A DNA stretch of 64,000 nt from Magallana gigas (Eukaryota): positions 4,836,001 to 4,900,000 of the forward strand of contig NC_088857.1 in NCBI RefSeq assembly GCF_963853765.1, given 5' to 3'. The position numbers and the translations under genes were made by a program. Below, in pieces: positions 49,648 to 62,727 of the stretch; the first letter of the stretch is position 1; each line of letters starts with the position of its first letter. The notes under the pieces are model-generated. The model ran no database searches and was not told the DNA's origin. It saw nothing but the letters and a program-made list of their open reading frames with translations.

Positions 49648-52600
49648 ATGAGTTCTGAAAATACGGAACTCTGCACAACCATACCTCGGGCTGCGAAGAC
49701 GACGGGGTGGCGATTTGCGGCCTCGGACAAGGAATACAAAGTGGACCAGTTTTATCAGGAATATCGAGACAGTTTTCCCTGCGTGGCCATTGTTACGCAG
49801 GGCTTTTTCGGCGACATAGGAATAGAGATCATCGGAAATGGAGAGGTAATATATCCGGATCATTGCTGATTTTCTGAGACATTTAAATTACCCTCATAAA
49901 TGCAGAGTAGATGAATAATCGAATTCACCGATTTTTTCAAATTTGATAATAATATTAAACATACAATGTACCTAGTTTATTATTATGTAGATACATTTTA
50001 ATAATCCACATAAATCTCACAATGAAAGATATAATACAGTTTACATGGGTTTTTTTTTATTTATCTTTGTCTCTCTTTCATTTTCACCAAATTTTAACGT
50101 CTTTACATAATTATGTATCTATGTCTTAAATAGTAGAATGTATATATATAAATATCTTTTGTGTTAGTTTTAAGTGTTTTGAGATACCACTAAACCAATA
50201 AAAGTCTGGAGATATGTTTGATCAATCACCGATACTGCTAAGAAACCAAGAAATGAACGTATTTTAGTTTTCTGTAACATAAAAGCAATATGAGCCGTAT
50301 TTTTTTTCGATTTATTTTCTTCGTTGATACACAATGCTTTTTAAGTTAAATCTAAGTATACATGTATATTTACGTTTATGATATATTATATTTAAACAAT
50401 ACGTTTAATATATTTTTTAGAAAAAAACTGTAGTATGAAATATATTTTTAAAAACGGGCAGAAAATTATGCAGCTTTATTAAAAAATGAAATTCTACCTA
50501 GCTTTTCCCACAAAAACACTACTTTATAAATAAACGATCATTCTTGTCATTTCAAAATATGATTCAAAAATCACGATTTTGCAATAAAATGTCCTGGCAA
50601 GAAGAAAGCACCTCACCTTTAAACTCTTGGTAGACGATCTACATCCAGCGGTGCGGTAGACAGCAGAGGGTGGTGGCAGAGGTTTTGTCTGGCCTGGGGG
50701 TCAGGCAAATCTCCATCCCTACAGCCTACAGGGCAAGATTCTGTATAATGGACAAGCATGGGGCCGGTGAGTTACTCATCAAAGTGTCACTATATTGACT
50801 CATCACTATAGAAGAGTTTACATTACGTATATCATATGGTTTTTTTTTCTATTTTAACATATTTTTGGGCATTTTCATATGAATCAATAGTCAATCAACC
50901 AAAATAACTCCCTGAATCAAAATGTCGGACAGTCTCTTCATATTTCAGAAAATTGTAATATTTTCCAGATTCCAGAGAATATCCTTTGGCTGAAATCTTG
51001 CGGCTGCGCAATCTACCGTGTAATGTCAAGTTTTCTCCTAAAAACCAATTTAACCTGGTGTCAGTCGAGGGAACCAATATGGCAACCAGCAACATCCGGT
51101 TACGTTTGCTGAGAACATACGATGAGCTGTACCTGGTCGGGAATCCTATCACAGAAAGTAACTATTTTCTTATATTGAGCAGATTCTATTGTTATAGTGC
51201 CTATTTTCAAGGCCTTTTTAAGAACAGTAAAGTTATAGATCATAGGAAACACAAATTATGCTTTGATATATAATAATTTACATATTACAACTGTAAACGT
51301 ATTATGTTGAGTGTAAATGAAATTTGGTGGAAATCGGGTTTTCAAAAATTAATCCTTTACTTGATTTAGAAAATTTCGAAATTTTGTTATTTATAGATAT
51401 TGTATGTACTTGTTCTTGATTTAGCGGGAGTTGCGTTCCGCCAAAAACGCTAACTATAATAACGCAGCCAAAAGTAATACAGAAGTTACAAAAGTACAAC
51501 GTTTATAGTAACCAAGATCACTCTAACAAAGCCAGTACCTGTAGGGTTTGGTGTTACGGGTTGTATCTACCTTTAAGTTTTACTTCTTGTATTTACTTTT
51601 TAGTTTTATCGGTTGTATTTACATGTTTCTTTTTCACTTTTAGTGTTACAGGTTGTATTTACTTTTGTGTATCATGTTGTATCCATTTTCTGTGTTACAT
51701 GGTGTATCCTCTTTCGTATTACAGGTTGTATCCACTTTCGATGTTACATGTTATATTCCCTTTCTGTTACAGGCTGTATCCACTTTTTGTGTTACATGTT
51801 GTATCCAATTTCTGTGTTACAGGTTGTATCCACTTTCTGTGTTACATGTTGTATCCAATTTCTGTGTTATAGGTTGTATTTCCTTTCTATGTTACAGGTT
51901 GTAGCCTTTTTTTCTGTGTTACAGGTTGTATCTACCCAGATCTGATGTTGGTACCGTTTTACCTGGAGGACCTTAGACTGTCCCTGGTTACCGGGATACA
52001 GGGCTTCCCTGGCCCATGGTCTTCCTATCTAAGTCATCTGTCTGTCGCCAAAGTGTCCGATTCCGCCAAGTTCGGAAATTCTGGTCAGTGACGTCTTTTT
52101 TCTGCAATGTCGCCACCCTCATAACCCGCATGAATCATCAAAAAATCATTTTATTGTTTCAATAAACTATAGAAATAGCACTTATTTGATCAATTTCATA
52201 CTCAAGGATTTGTTGTGTTTTGTTTGTATTACACGCTTTTCCTTGAATGACCGAGAGTATTTATTGCAAGATGACTACATACAAAATGATGATCACAGAG
52301 GAAAAAAGCATAAAAATTTACCTGCAATAAATTCGATATTTTAAGAACCTATTGTTGTTTTACCTTTGGTGAAATTGAAGAATGATGACATTATAAGCAA
52401 TATACGCCAATGTATGCCAGAACTTTAGCAGTCTACACTAACAGGTCAAATCGAAAAAAGTTCATCGATAATATCATTCATCAAAGTTCATCAAAGATTA
52501 TTTACTTGCTCGGTAATAAGGTGATATATCAACTTCTCAACGCAAGTTAAACGTCGAAATCCGACTATAAATCGCAGACAGGACCCGACGTTGAACAAAC

Positions 52601-53729
52601 TCGAAAACTCAACGTCATTCCCATATCAGCGTTGATTTAAAAACATAAAATGATGTTAATGTGCCTGCTGGGTATAATGGAAATCAGACCATATTTCTTG
52701 CTTGCCCGTCGAAAGACGATCAAATTGCGTTTCATTTTGATGATCTTGATAGTTGTAAACTACAGTATATGCATCTAAAAAAAGCATATGTGTGTAATTG
52801 CACGTGTAAATTTTATTGTAGATATTGCAGTATACAAGAAGACCGGTCTTAAGTCGTTTGAGACATCCAATGTCATTCCACAGACTTACCTTAGTATTGC
52901 AGATGTACGCGGCTCCATGGGACACCATTACGAAGACATACACATGAAACAACAAACCGACAAAATATACGACATACTCTGGGATGCTCATAGTGGCGTC
53001 CCTGTGATGAAAGAGAGGCCGATCGACAGAATGACGTCACGGGATAAAAGACCTAACCAGAGATACGTTGATTGGAAAGATGCCAAGTTGTCAGCTTCAG
53101 ACAGTAGTAAGTCAACTAGACAGTACGCTTCACGACCTTTGCCAAAGCCTCCTAAAGATGGAGACGATGAAACTAAAATCTCGAGACGGGTGAGCAAATT
53201 ATCACTCAGATCAAATGATATGCAGGATAAACAGGAGCAACAACCCACAGAGCCAACCATTAAAAGTGTTTCAGCCACCAAGGCCGATACCCAAGTACAA
53301 CCGCAGGACGAGAAACAACATCACGAATCTGGTCAGCACGAACATTCGAGAGATAGACAATCAGGCTTGACGAGCGAAGGGAAAGTTGACAGTGAACAAA
53401 AACCTACTATTGGGTCTAGCGAAGCTAATGTAAACAAAATACCTCCTCGGCCAAGAAGAAAGAAATCTCTGACTGAAGACTTGCTGGCGCCTGACCAGTC
53501 AGCGCAGCGCCGTGAGTTGGTACCACACATGTCTGTTTCGGACGTCCAGTATTGGCTGAAAGTGCTGAGGCTTGATCAGTACGCAGGCGCGTTTTTGGAG
53601 AATGAGATAGACGGCGCTCTTCTGTTGGAACTAGATAATGGCGTTCTGATAGGGGAATTCGGGATGTCTAAATTACACGCTATAAAACTCCGTAAGTTTG
53701 CTACAGAAGGGTATATGCCTCGGCAATAA
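49648..53729 (+). CDS. CABIT-domain + SAM-domain adaptor, GAREM/Themis-family-like (paralog A, ~523 aa)
   Basis: Exons 49648-49845, 50634-50766, 50969-51157, 51940-52083 and 52822-53729 (phases 0,1,1,1). CABIT-like FPCVAIVTQGFFG..QRVVAE..ISIPTAY..LVPFYLEDL..VTGI..W; HYEDI and IYDIL; RPLPKPP; SAM VSDVQYWLKVLRLDQYAGAFLENEIDGALLLEL. Confidence 0.8.
51552..51932. repeat. ~25-bp minisatellite in intron 3 of paralog A
   Basis: Unit approximately TTCTGTGTTACA(G/T)GTTGTATCCA(C/A)T. Confidence 0.9.
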
Positions 53730-56103
53730 GGTCGACTAAGTTATCAAAATGCACATTCAATGTCAAATAAGGAAGATCCTTCTCAATGGCTTTTTTCACC
53801 ACTGCAACAAAGCGGACGTTAAAATTGTTGATCTTTACTTGATATCAGAGAATCTAGTAATAAGTATAATGTCCAACTGTGATATAATACAAATACCATT
53901 TTGAAAAGAAGAATAAAATGGATTAACTGCTGTAATGATTATCCAGCGGCTCGACTACTAAGTGTGTCGTTTACTTGTCATTTACTTTTTTAAAATGAAT
54001 TTTGTCTAATTGGTATCGTTGGTATCTTTGTGATCATCATGAACGAATGCCTATCAATTGTACGCAATACACGATGTAATTGAAATATCCGTATATGTAC
54101 GAGGGCATTTTCTGAAATGTCAATTATTTTTTCAAATGTCTAAGATTTACTTTAAGGAATTAACATGGTACAGGTATATTTAGCACTAGACAAAATGAAA
54201 TTTTAGTGTTGATTTGAAGATACATTAGATTTAAAGCCAGTTAATTGAATATATAAAGCATTTAAGAAAATGACAACGACATAAACAATGAAAATTATCA
54301 CTTTTTCAGAACAATCTGTATAAATAATAATACATGTAGTAATAACAATATCAAATAAAATCAATAATATAATAATATTAAGGACATCTGTTTTTCTTTA
54401 ATGAGAGAATTTTTCATAATTCCTGAATTTTTTGTTTGTTTGTTTGTTTGGACAATGAAATGTATTTCATATTTTCCAGTATAGTACAAAACAAAGGTTG
54501 TTAAGGGGTAATTATTTAATTTATTTAATTTATTCTTTATTTTTAAAAACACGTTTCTCTTCAAATTTAAATAGCAAGTAGAGGACAAGAGAGACTACTG
54601 ACATTCAAAATGTGTATTGTTTCATTCATTTTCTTTCATTACAAAGACTTTCGAAAACACTACTTATGGTTTAAAAATAAAGATGGATTTTATAATATGT
54701 TGACTGAATGTTAAAAGTATGAAAAATATATAACATCCAAGATTAATTTGATGAGTAGAAATAAATTTGTAAAAATTACAATTCAGCTGATTAACTGAAG
54801 TTTATTTCCAGTGATATTAAAGTAACAAGATATTCTCAGTGTAATTTATAATAGCGTTTATTTTTAATTGGAGTTTTGGTCTACTAGTGTTACCCAGCTC
54901 TGCGAATAAAAGGAATTGTCAAATACATGATATCCTTGATGGGCCAATGTTTAAATCTATAGAAGTTTTTTCAGGCATTCTTAGTTCCACATGTGCAAGC
55001 AATTGGAGTTTATTTACATCAGAATTAACTTCAAACATTCCATTTAAAATACCCTGTATCACGGAGCTTGTTCAATTTGAAGTTTAAAAAAAATTATGTT
55101 TAAAAACACTCTTTGAAAACCAACCGATACATGGTTTTACAGTGAAAACCTTTCTATCTATATAAGGATAGAGGCGTTCGTTTTTTTAAAAGGAAATTTG
55201 TTTGTTTGTTAATGCCATCGGGTGTCAATGAATTGAGTCTAAACAACACAGATTGAATTTTAAAATATTTTTTTGTTCATAAAAAGCCCACGCGGAAACA
55301 TTGTAACATCCGTCGGTCAGAAATGAGAGGATATGGCAGTAGTTGTCCTTGATCAAAAACATCATTGAACGGACACGGAGAGAAAAAGCACGGAAAACGG
55401 AAAACTTTTAAAAGTACACCCTCTATTCATTCAAACCAAAAAGGATTTAAACAAACAAATAAACTACCTCAAAATAAAGGTCCTGTAATATGATCATTTG
55501 ATGCCTCTACTAAAATATTTGTTTTTGTCAACTCCACCCGTTTTATATATTTGCGTTTCAATAGAAATCGTCCCCAAAGCTCCACTTAGGTATAATATCC
55601 CCTATACATGTAAGCAATAGGTCATTACTCTTAGATTTCCCATTCGTTATATTTTTTTCCATGCCAATATTTTAAAATTTGTATAGTATGTCTTAAAATA
55701 TTTATTTTTTACCAAATTACATTTTTTAGTGTTTTAATGAATAAATCATATTTCGTTGCCTAACATTATTTCCTTTTAAACGACAAGAAAGTAAGTTTAG
55801 CGAATGGCGAGTAAGCAGATGCACTAGATGCACATTTATGTCTTCATTTAAAAGAGAACTGAATATCGATCGAGTATATCTACTGCGATTTGAATGTGCT
55901 TCCTCAGTTGTGAACAACTGAAAGATTTTAATAGGCGTACAGTGCCTCCACAAGGTAATGTTTCATAAATCACAAACAAATCGCCGTGTTACACTTTATT
56001 CTGGCGATGAGAAGCACCGAGAACCTGTTATGTTGAACATTACATAACTAGATTATCAAGGCCAGGGATCATCTTACTCGTGTACCGTGTAATCCACGAG
56101 GAT

Positions 56104-59100
56104 ATGGCCTCCCCCACCGACAGCCAGACGGGCCGGGCTTTCATCAAGTCTCAGGGAGACTTCTCGGTCCCAGATTTTTGTCACATATTTCGGTACCATC
56201 TCCCACAGGTTGTCTCGCTGAAAGAGGACCGGAAGTCGAAAGCGAAAGATGTCCGGAAAAACAAGGTGAGGTTATGGACGAGGAATTAAATCAGTTGAAA
56301 CTCAGTATAAAGAATTTTTCATGTTCCTCTGCAGTTAACCTACCTTATATTGATGACAAATTATACGTGTTTATTATTTCAAACCTTATGAACGTTGTTT
56401 TGGTAAAGTTATGGGATTTGCTTTCAGAAAATTCTAGCGTTTTTATTCAACTTCATTTGATTTTATTTTCTCAACAAATTAATGTTAAGGTGATTATTTA
56501 TTACCTACAATTAAAACATAATCATAACGTTTACCCTTAATAAATGGCCACTTTTTGTTCATCTTTTGCCTGTGGTATTAAATGATTTTTCCAGTTAAAA
56601 AGTGGCAAAACCAATGAAATATATAAGACTAAGTACTTTTTTATTCGCTTTAGGCCTTACACGTATTTTTTCGTACACAGACCAACAAACAATTTACAAT
56701 TTGTAACGTCTTAATCTCACTTCTTCCTTATTCAGTTGTTCGTGCCACTTAGTTACCATGTATCTTTTATCACGCATAGTCTATCTTCGTCTCAATCTAA
56801 CAAGTGTTTTGTATATACATAATTTCTTAGTAGTTTCTATCAAATCAACAACCAAGAATACTCGCAGTATAAACACTACAGTTTTCCTGTTATTATCAGA
56901 AATGTTGCGTGGCCGCCTTATTTGTTGTTTGTATCGTTGCAGTGCATACTTCTTTGATCGTAAACGAATTGCACTTGTTTTCATTTCAGATATATTTTGT
57001 TGGCAAGGTTTGCTGTGAAAAGAAAGTCACTGTCGATTTGGTCAAGAAGAAAAAGTCACGTGGGACTGTGCTCCTACCCTTGTCCCACCCTGCCCGTGTT
57101 TGTCTGGCCGGGACTCAAAACGGTAAACTACATGTAGCTATAGAAGGTATCATTAATAAACTAACTACGTACATAAGATACAGGCGCATCATTGATAACA
57201 TAAGAAAACTGCATGACGTGCCAAAATTGATATATAGATTTGATTAACTAGTTACGTAACATATACAATTTGGATAGCTGATAAATTGTTAGATGTGTCA
57301 CCAAATGTAAATAAATATACTAGTAATGTAAATAAATAGATAGTATATTGAGAAAACAGGTTTTTTTGTGTTGGTGATATGAAGACACATGCAAGGACAC
57401 TGATATTTATATATAACTACAACAGAGGACCATACATTTACACCGAGATATCGAACCGTGGAATGATTCCTTATTCCTTTCTGAAATTTCAGAAAGAAGT
57501 CAACAACCTTGTGCCATATAAATATGCCAGTGCCAAGATGGCATTTTTTAACCAGTCTAAGCTGCATGTATTGAAAATGCAAATACATGTATGCCATAAG
57601 ATATACCATTGCTGAAGGAGTTAATAACAACCTTTGTTATTAATGTATCTCACCTGTCAGGTGAAATAGTTACCTTTAAAAAAATCATACAGGAAAATGA
57701 TTATTTCCAAAGGAAAAACAATGTTCCTAAAAGATATTTGGAATTTCCTATCGGAAAAAAAGTTTTCCTGTAGGAATTTGAATTCCAATAGAATTTGAAT
57801 TTTTTTTTTACATTATTTTAAAATGCAATAGGAAATCTTAAGTTCCTATAAGATAACTACCTGTCTGAATCAAATTCCTGCAGGAAATTTAATTCTTATA
57901 GGATTTTGAATTTTTAATTTTTCCTGCAGGAAATCCCAACGGGCATTAATGTTTTCCTACAGAATATTATTTTGTAAAGGTAACTATCTTTAGGTTCTGA
58001 CCTAACGGGTGAGACACACTAAAAACAAAAGTGATTACATGTACATAGTCTCTAGACAATGGTTTGTCATTTGGTATATGGATATTAAAAAAAACTGCAT
58101 TGTAAGCCGGTGCAGAAATGCCATCTTGGCCGTGGCATAACAGTGTTCAACATACTGCATCCAGTCTGCAAAAAACGTAACATTTTTTAAAACATTGTAT
58201 TGGATTGTTATGCCAGTGTCAATGAGATATTTTTGCACTCTTCTAAAGCCCATGCAAGTGACACGACAGACCACTGCGTAGAGAGTGGTTTACAAATTAT
58301 TTTTAAATCATCATCTCACCTGTAAGGTGAAATATTCACATGAATTAAAAAAAATTCTCCAGAAAAGAAATTGAATTATAAAAATAATTGTTTTGTAGGA
58401 TATATTTAATTTTTTGTCATAATGAACCTTAAATGAAACTATAATGAACTAAATTAAACTATAAAGAACTTCCAATGGTTATGTATATTCCGATAGAATC
58501 TGAACTAAACTCCGATCGAATTTTTAAATCCAGTAGGAAAATTGGATTTATTACTAAAAATTACATGTATTATCTCAAAGGAACAATCTTTAAAATCCCT
58601 AAAAAAAAATTCTTTACATCCATCCTGTAAGAAAATTATTTTTCCATGAGAAATCATTATTTTCCCAAGGTATTTATTTCAGACTGTAAATTTCTCACCT
58701 ATCGGGTGAAAAGCATCTTCGCTAGCCAAGGGTTTTCGGTCCACTTTGCTCCCCATAAACCCTTGGCGGATTTCATTGCGAAAACTCGGTGACGAGCTCC
58801 GTTTTATGATTGGCTGCAGCTGCGAGTAGCTGATCCAATCGCAGTGCTTGTAAATATAAACTTTAAAAGAAAACACAGGTGTGATCTTTGGTAAATCATT
58901 CGGTGCTTTTAACAAATTGAGACACAAGTTCTCGACTACAGTGCCTCGCCAACGATGGTCTAACCAGATCGCTTAAAAAACCTATATATTTTACTGGGAT
59001 TGAACATAGTTCTACACATTTGTCAAGGCTCGCGTGATAGCATGGGAAGTAAATATGGCGAATATAGAAGCTGCCCATCCCGTTAGTATATACGTTCCTG

Positions 59101-61778
59101 CTTATAGTTATTGCTTTTTTAAAAAGGTTTAATGAGATTTATTTTATTTTATTTCTTTACGACAACGATACCTGGTTTAATGACATGAAAGCTTTGATAT
59201 AAATCGCGACTTTTTCACTCCTGGTACAGGTCCATACAAAACACTATGAATAAAACATTCCATGCTTTCCCTAGTTTATAACTTAATTCGTATTTAATAG
59301 CATCCTTAATTATGTTCCGATATTCGGTAGTCAACATGTTTTCAAGTTGTATTAAGCCGTAGTGTGTATATAACACGTTGTTTAATTCGATTAAAATGTA
59401 AATATGCAAGGGGCGCAACTCAAGTTGCTCGCTAGATAGCGCCACCACATCACCGAGTTTTCGCAATGAAATCCGCCAAGGGTTTATGGGGAGCAAAGTG
59501 GACCGAAAACCCTTGGCTAGCGAAGATGGGTGAAAAGCACCAAGAATCAAAGTGTTTATATACTCTTGGCATCGATTGCGACATCATATGACAAACCTGT
59601 TTATGATATTTTTAGAAACAGCACCTTATACAAGTTTAAACCCTTTGATACGGGCATTGTTATCTGGCACAGACAGTTTGTCACAGCTTCCTGGTTACTT
59701 GGTATAGACCTATGTTTACTTTAAAGCTTCCCAACAAAAGGAAATTTTTAAAACCTTAATCATGACTTGATTTACTAAGTGACTAGATTTTTTAAGAAAG
59801 TAATAAAATACGATAGTTTATCTTTGATGTTTTATTCGGTTTTAACAATAAACTTTAAAGCGTTTTCACTGTAAATATAAGTGCGTTCATCCACGTATGA
59901 CTACCTGTTAGGTAACGGACTGAAATGTTGGTGAGGAAATAAATAGCTTAACGACAAACCATCAAACACAGCCTTATTAGGAATGACCAATTTAGACTAG
60001 AAGTATTGCCTGTAATTCTGAATTCATGTTTTAAAAATTTTACAATGAAAGCCTCAAAGAAAGAACTTTATTTCTAGAATCGCCTGCCAGTGAGTTCACA
60101 ATTGAACAAGTTCTGAACAACCATACGTGTCCCTGTGACGTCATCGTTGCTCCTCATCGTCACTTCCGGTTACAGTTGAAAGGGAAGGAAGTTGTGACCA
60201 ACGATTATGTTCTTAGATTGCAAGGAACAGTAGATGAGTTTTATCTGTTGGGAAACCCAGTGACTGAAAGTATATACTTTACTACTTATGAATCTCCAAA
60301 ATCTCGAACATTTCGGCGCGAAAAATATTTCTTTACATACACATTGTAGAATAATTGACCTAAATATCAATAATAAAAGGGGATAACGTATGGGGCCTGA
60401 TTAAAGATCATGTCTTCTATTTCAGGTAGCATAAGTGACGAGGAGGTGTTGGTGTTGACTGGTCCTCGTCTACAGCTGGTTACCGGGATAACCGGATATC
60501 CGGGGGAGTGGTCGTCGTTCTTAAACCTATTATCGTCAACTCTGAAGTCCCAAAGCAAAGGTTAGCTGTTATGTGTTGATCAAGTCTTTCAAGTTCAAAC
60601 TTCGAAAATTATTCAGTGCTAGTTTACACATCTACCAGTATCAATACTATTACGTGTATATTCAAATATGAAATAATGGGCATTAAGATATCCATAAAAA
60701 GTTGCATTTACTTATCAAACAATGTGTCATTATTTCCGCAGATAGACTTGGGTCTCTGGGTTGTTACCAGGATATCTCGCCAGATTTAAAAGACGATGGT
60801 GAACATCTATACGAAGGGCTGGTGAAAACAAAAGGAAAGAACTGTGTATATGAATTGACTTGGGAGTCACATACTGGTGCTCCTCTGTTGAATGCAGAAG
60901 AAATAAAAAATTGTAAAACAGGTACAGAAGACAATACTTTTCAAAATGGGGCTAAAAATGATACAATGAAACAAGTCTCTGGTGTTGGTCATTTGACAAA
61001 AGACAAATCTCAAAGAAATGGGAAAGAAAACAATAAATCAAATATAAAAGGTGAAGATTCTGCAAGTAGTAAAATTGAAAAACAAACTAGGAAACCCCAT
61101 AGCAAGGCAAAAGCAACTGACAGAAACCACCTGTATGATGTTATTTTGGATCCAGAAACTCAGAAACCGGTTATCCTTGGTCACAGAGACATAAATTCTT
61201 CCAAAGATGGTCACACTGCACCACAGAACACAGAAATAACTAAGGGAGTGGCCATATCAGATATACAGGCATCACCTTCTGAGACACAAATTGATCAGAA
61301 CAACAGTCCACAGTTACCAAATGACAGTAACATATCGAGAAACTCTTTCGTACCATCGCTGCCACCAAAGATACAGGTACCAAAGAAATATGGAATACTA
61401 ATTTCAGACCTTCCAAAACCACCACCAAGAATGTTTCTGAGTTTGGATAGAAATAATCCAAAGAAATCGCGAGTTAACGGTGGAAGCAAATTGAACAGAT
61501 CGCAAAGTGACATGGGGTTCGGAGAATTGGTTAATGCCAACAACATCCAATCAACAACAAGCGATAGTGTGTCTTCTTTGTCCGCAATGAGTGTGGACGA
61601 TCTAGCGCATTGGTTGAATACTCTACACATGAAGTGCGTGGACAAGTTTGTAGAACATTCCATTGATGGAGCCAAACTATTAAGGTCAACAGAAGAAATA
61701 TTTCACAGTCCAGACATTGGAATGTCCAAACTGGATATTCTGAGGTTGAGAAGGTTTATCAGAGAACGCTGCGTTTGA
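56104..61778 (+). CDS. CABIT-like + SAM-domain adaptor (paralog B, ~552 aa)
   Basis: Exons 56104-56265, 56990-57122, 60078-60269, 60426-60560 and 60742-61778, with the same phases as paralog A and an identical 133-bp exon 2. LRLQGTVDEFYLLGNPVTE and LQLVTGITGYPGEWSSFL match paralog A; C-terminal SAM MSVDDLAHWL..FVEHSIDGAKLL. Confidence 0.8.
57647..58712. repeat. Degenerate repeat with three TCACCT..GGTGA palindromic boxes and many TTCCT/AGGAA subrepeats
   Basis: ATCTCACCTGT(C/A)AGGTGAAATA at 57647 and 58313; a related box at ~58692. Confidence 0.55.
58714..59528. mobile_element. Non-autonomous Mutator-like (MULE) element, 815 bp
   Basis: Perfect 79-bp TIRs (58714-58792 and 59450-59528) and a perfect 9-bp TSD GGTGAAAAG (58705-58713 and 59529-59537). 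Confidence 0.85.
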
Positions 61779-62727
61779 ATTATGATTGTGCTGTATATTT
61801 TTACAGATATACGTATTAGTTTTTATTGATAAATGTACAGTTCATAAGCGTTGAAATAGGTGCAAACATTTTTTCCCTGAATGTTGTATTTATTAAGATA
61901 TTTTGGCAAAACGGTAAGTAAAACAAAGTTAATGCAATATCATTATCAATATGCCTGATAAATGTTTTCTTAAATAAGTGAAAATTAAAGCTAATAAGAT
62001 CAAATTCAATTACGAATTAATTGCTATGGACATATAAATTTAGGCGAGATTACCTATTTTGGACATACTTCCAATAATCATATGCCTCTCCGCCCACATA
62101 GTTTGGTATAAACGAATTCTTGTGGAAGTTCGACATTTTCGACAAAACCATGATTTTTCTTTATTGTATAAAAACTATTCAGGGGTATCAAAAAAGTACC
62201 AAATTCATGTAGAGACGTTATTTTTATGTTACGCATTATATTCTGTTTGGAAACATGCGATTTTATCATTATTGTTTTTTTTAAGAATAGGGAACAATTT
62301 TTATTTTTAAAATACCATACATCTTGAACAGTTTTATTTATTTACATTTTTAGATCTTGTACATGTACATATAGAAATGATAAAAAGGTATAAAGTGAAA
62401 GAAGTAATATATTGTACAATAATTTAAAGCTCTTTTTTATGTTAATATCTATTTCAAATATATTATGACGTCGCGCACGGTGTTGGTGTTAATTTCGGTA
62501 ACGTCAAAAACGTCAAAAACGTCATTTTCACGCATAACGTAATGATACATTTTATTAAGCACAGCATACGAAAAATTAAAAAAATAAGAACTTTATATTA
62601 ATTTTTTTCTGCGTTTAAGAGATTCTGTATTTCATAACTGCAATTTCAAAATATCTTTTTAATATGTACAACCAATTCTGAAGCTCACAACGTTAAAATG
62701 TTTTAATTTTAGTTCAGTTCAGCGATA

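Noticed and set aside
51561-51945. Three overlapping Cys/Tyr-rich ORFs
   Set aside because: They are translations of the intronic 25-bp minisatellite.
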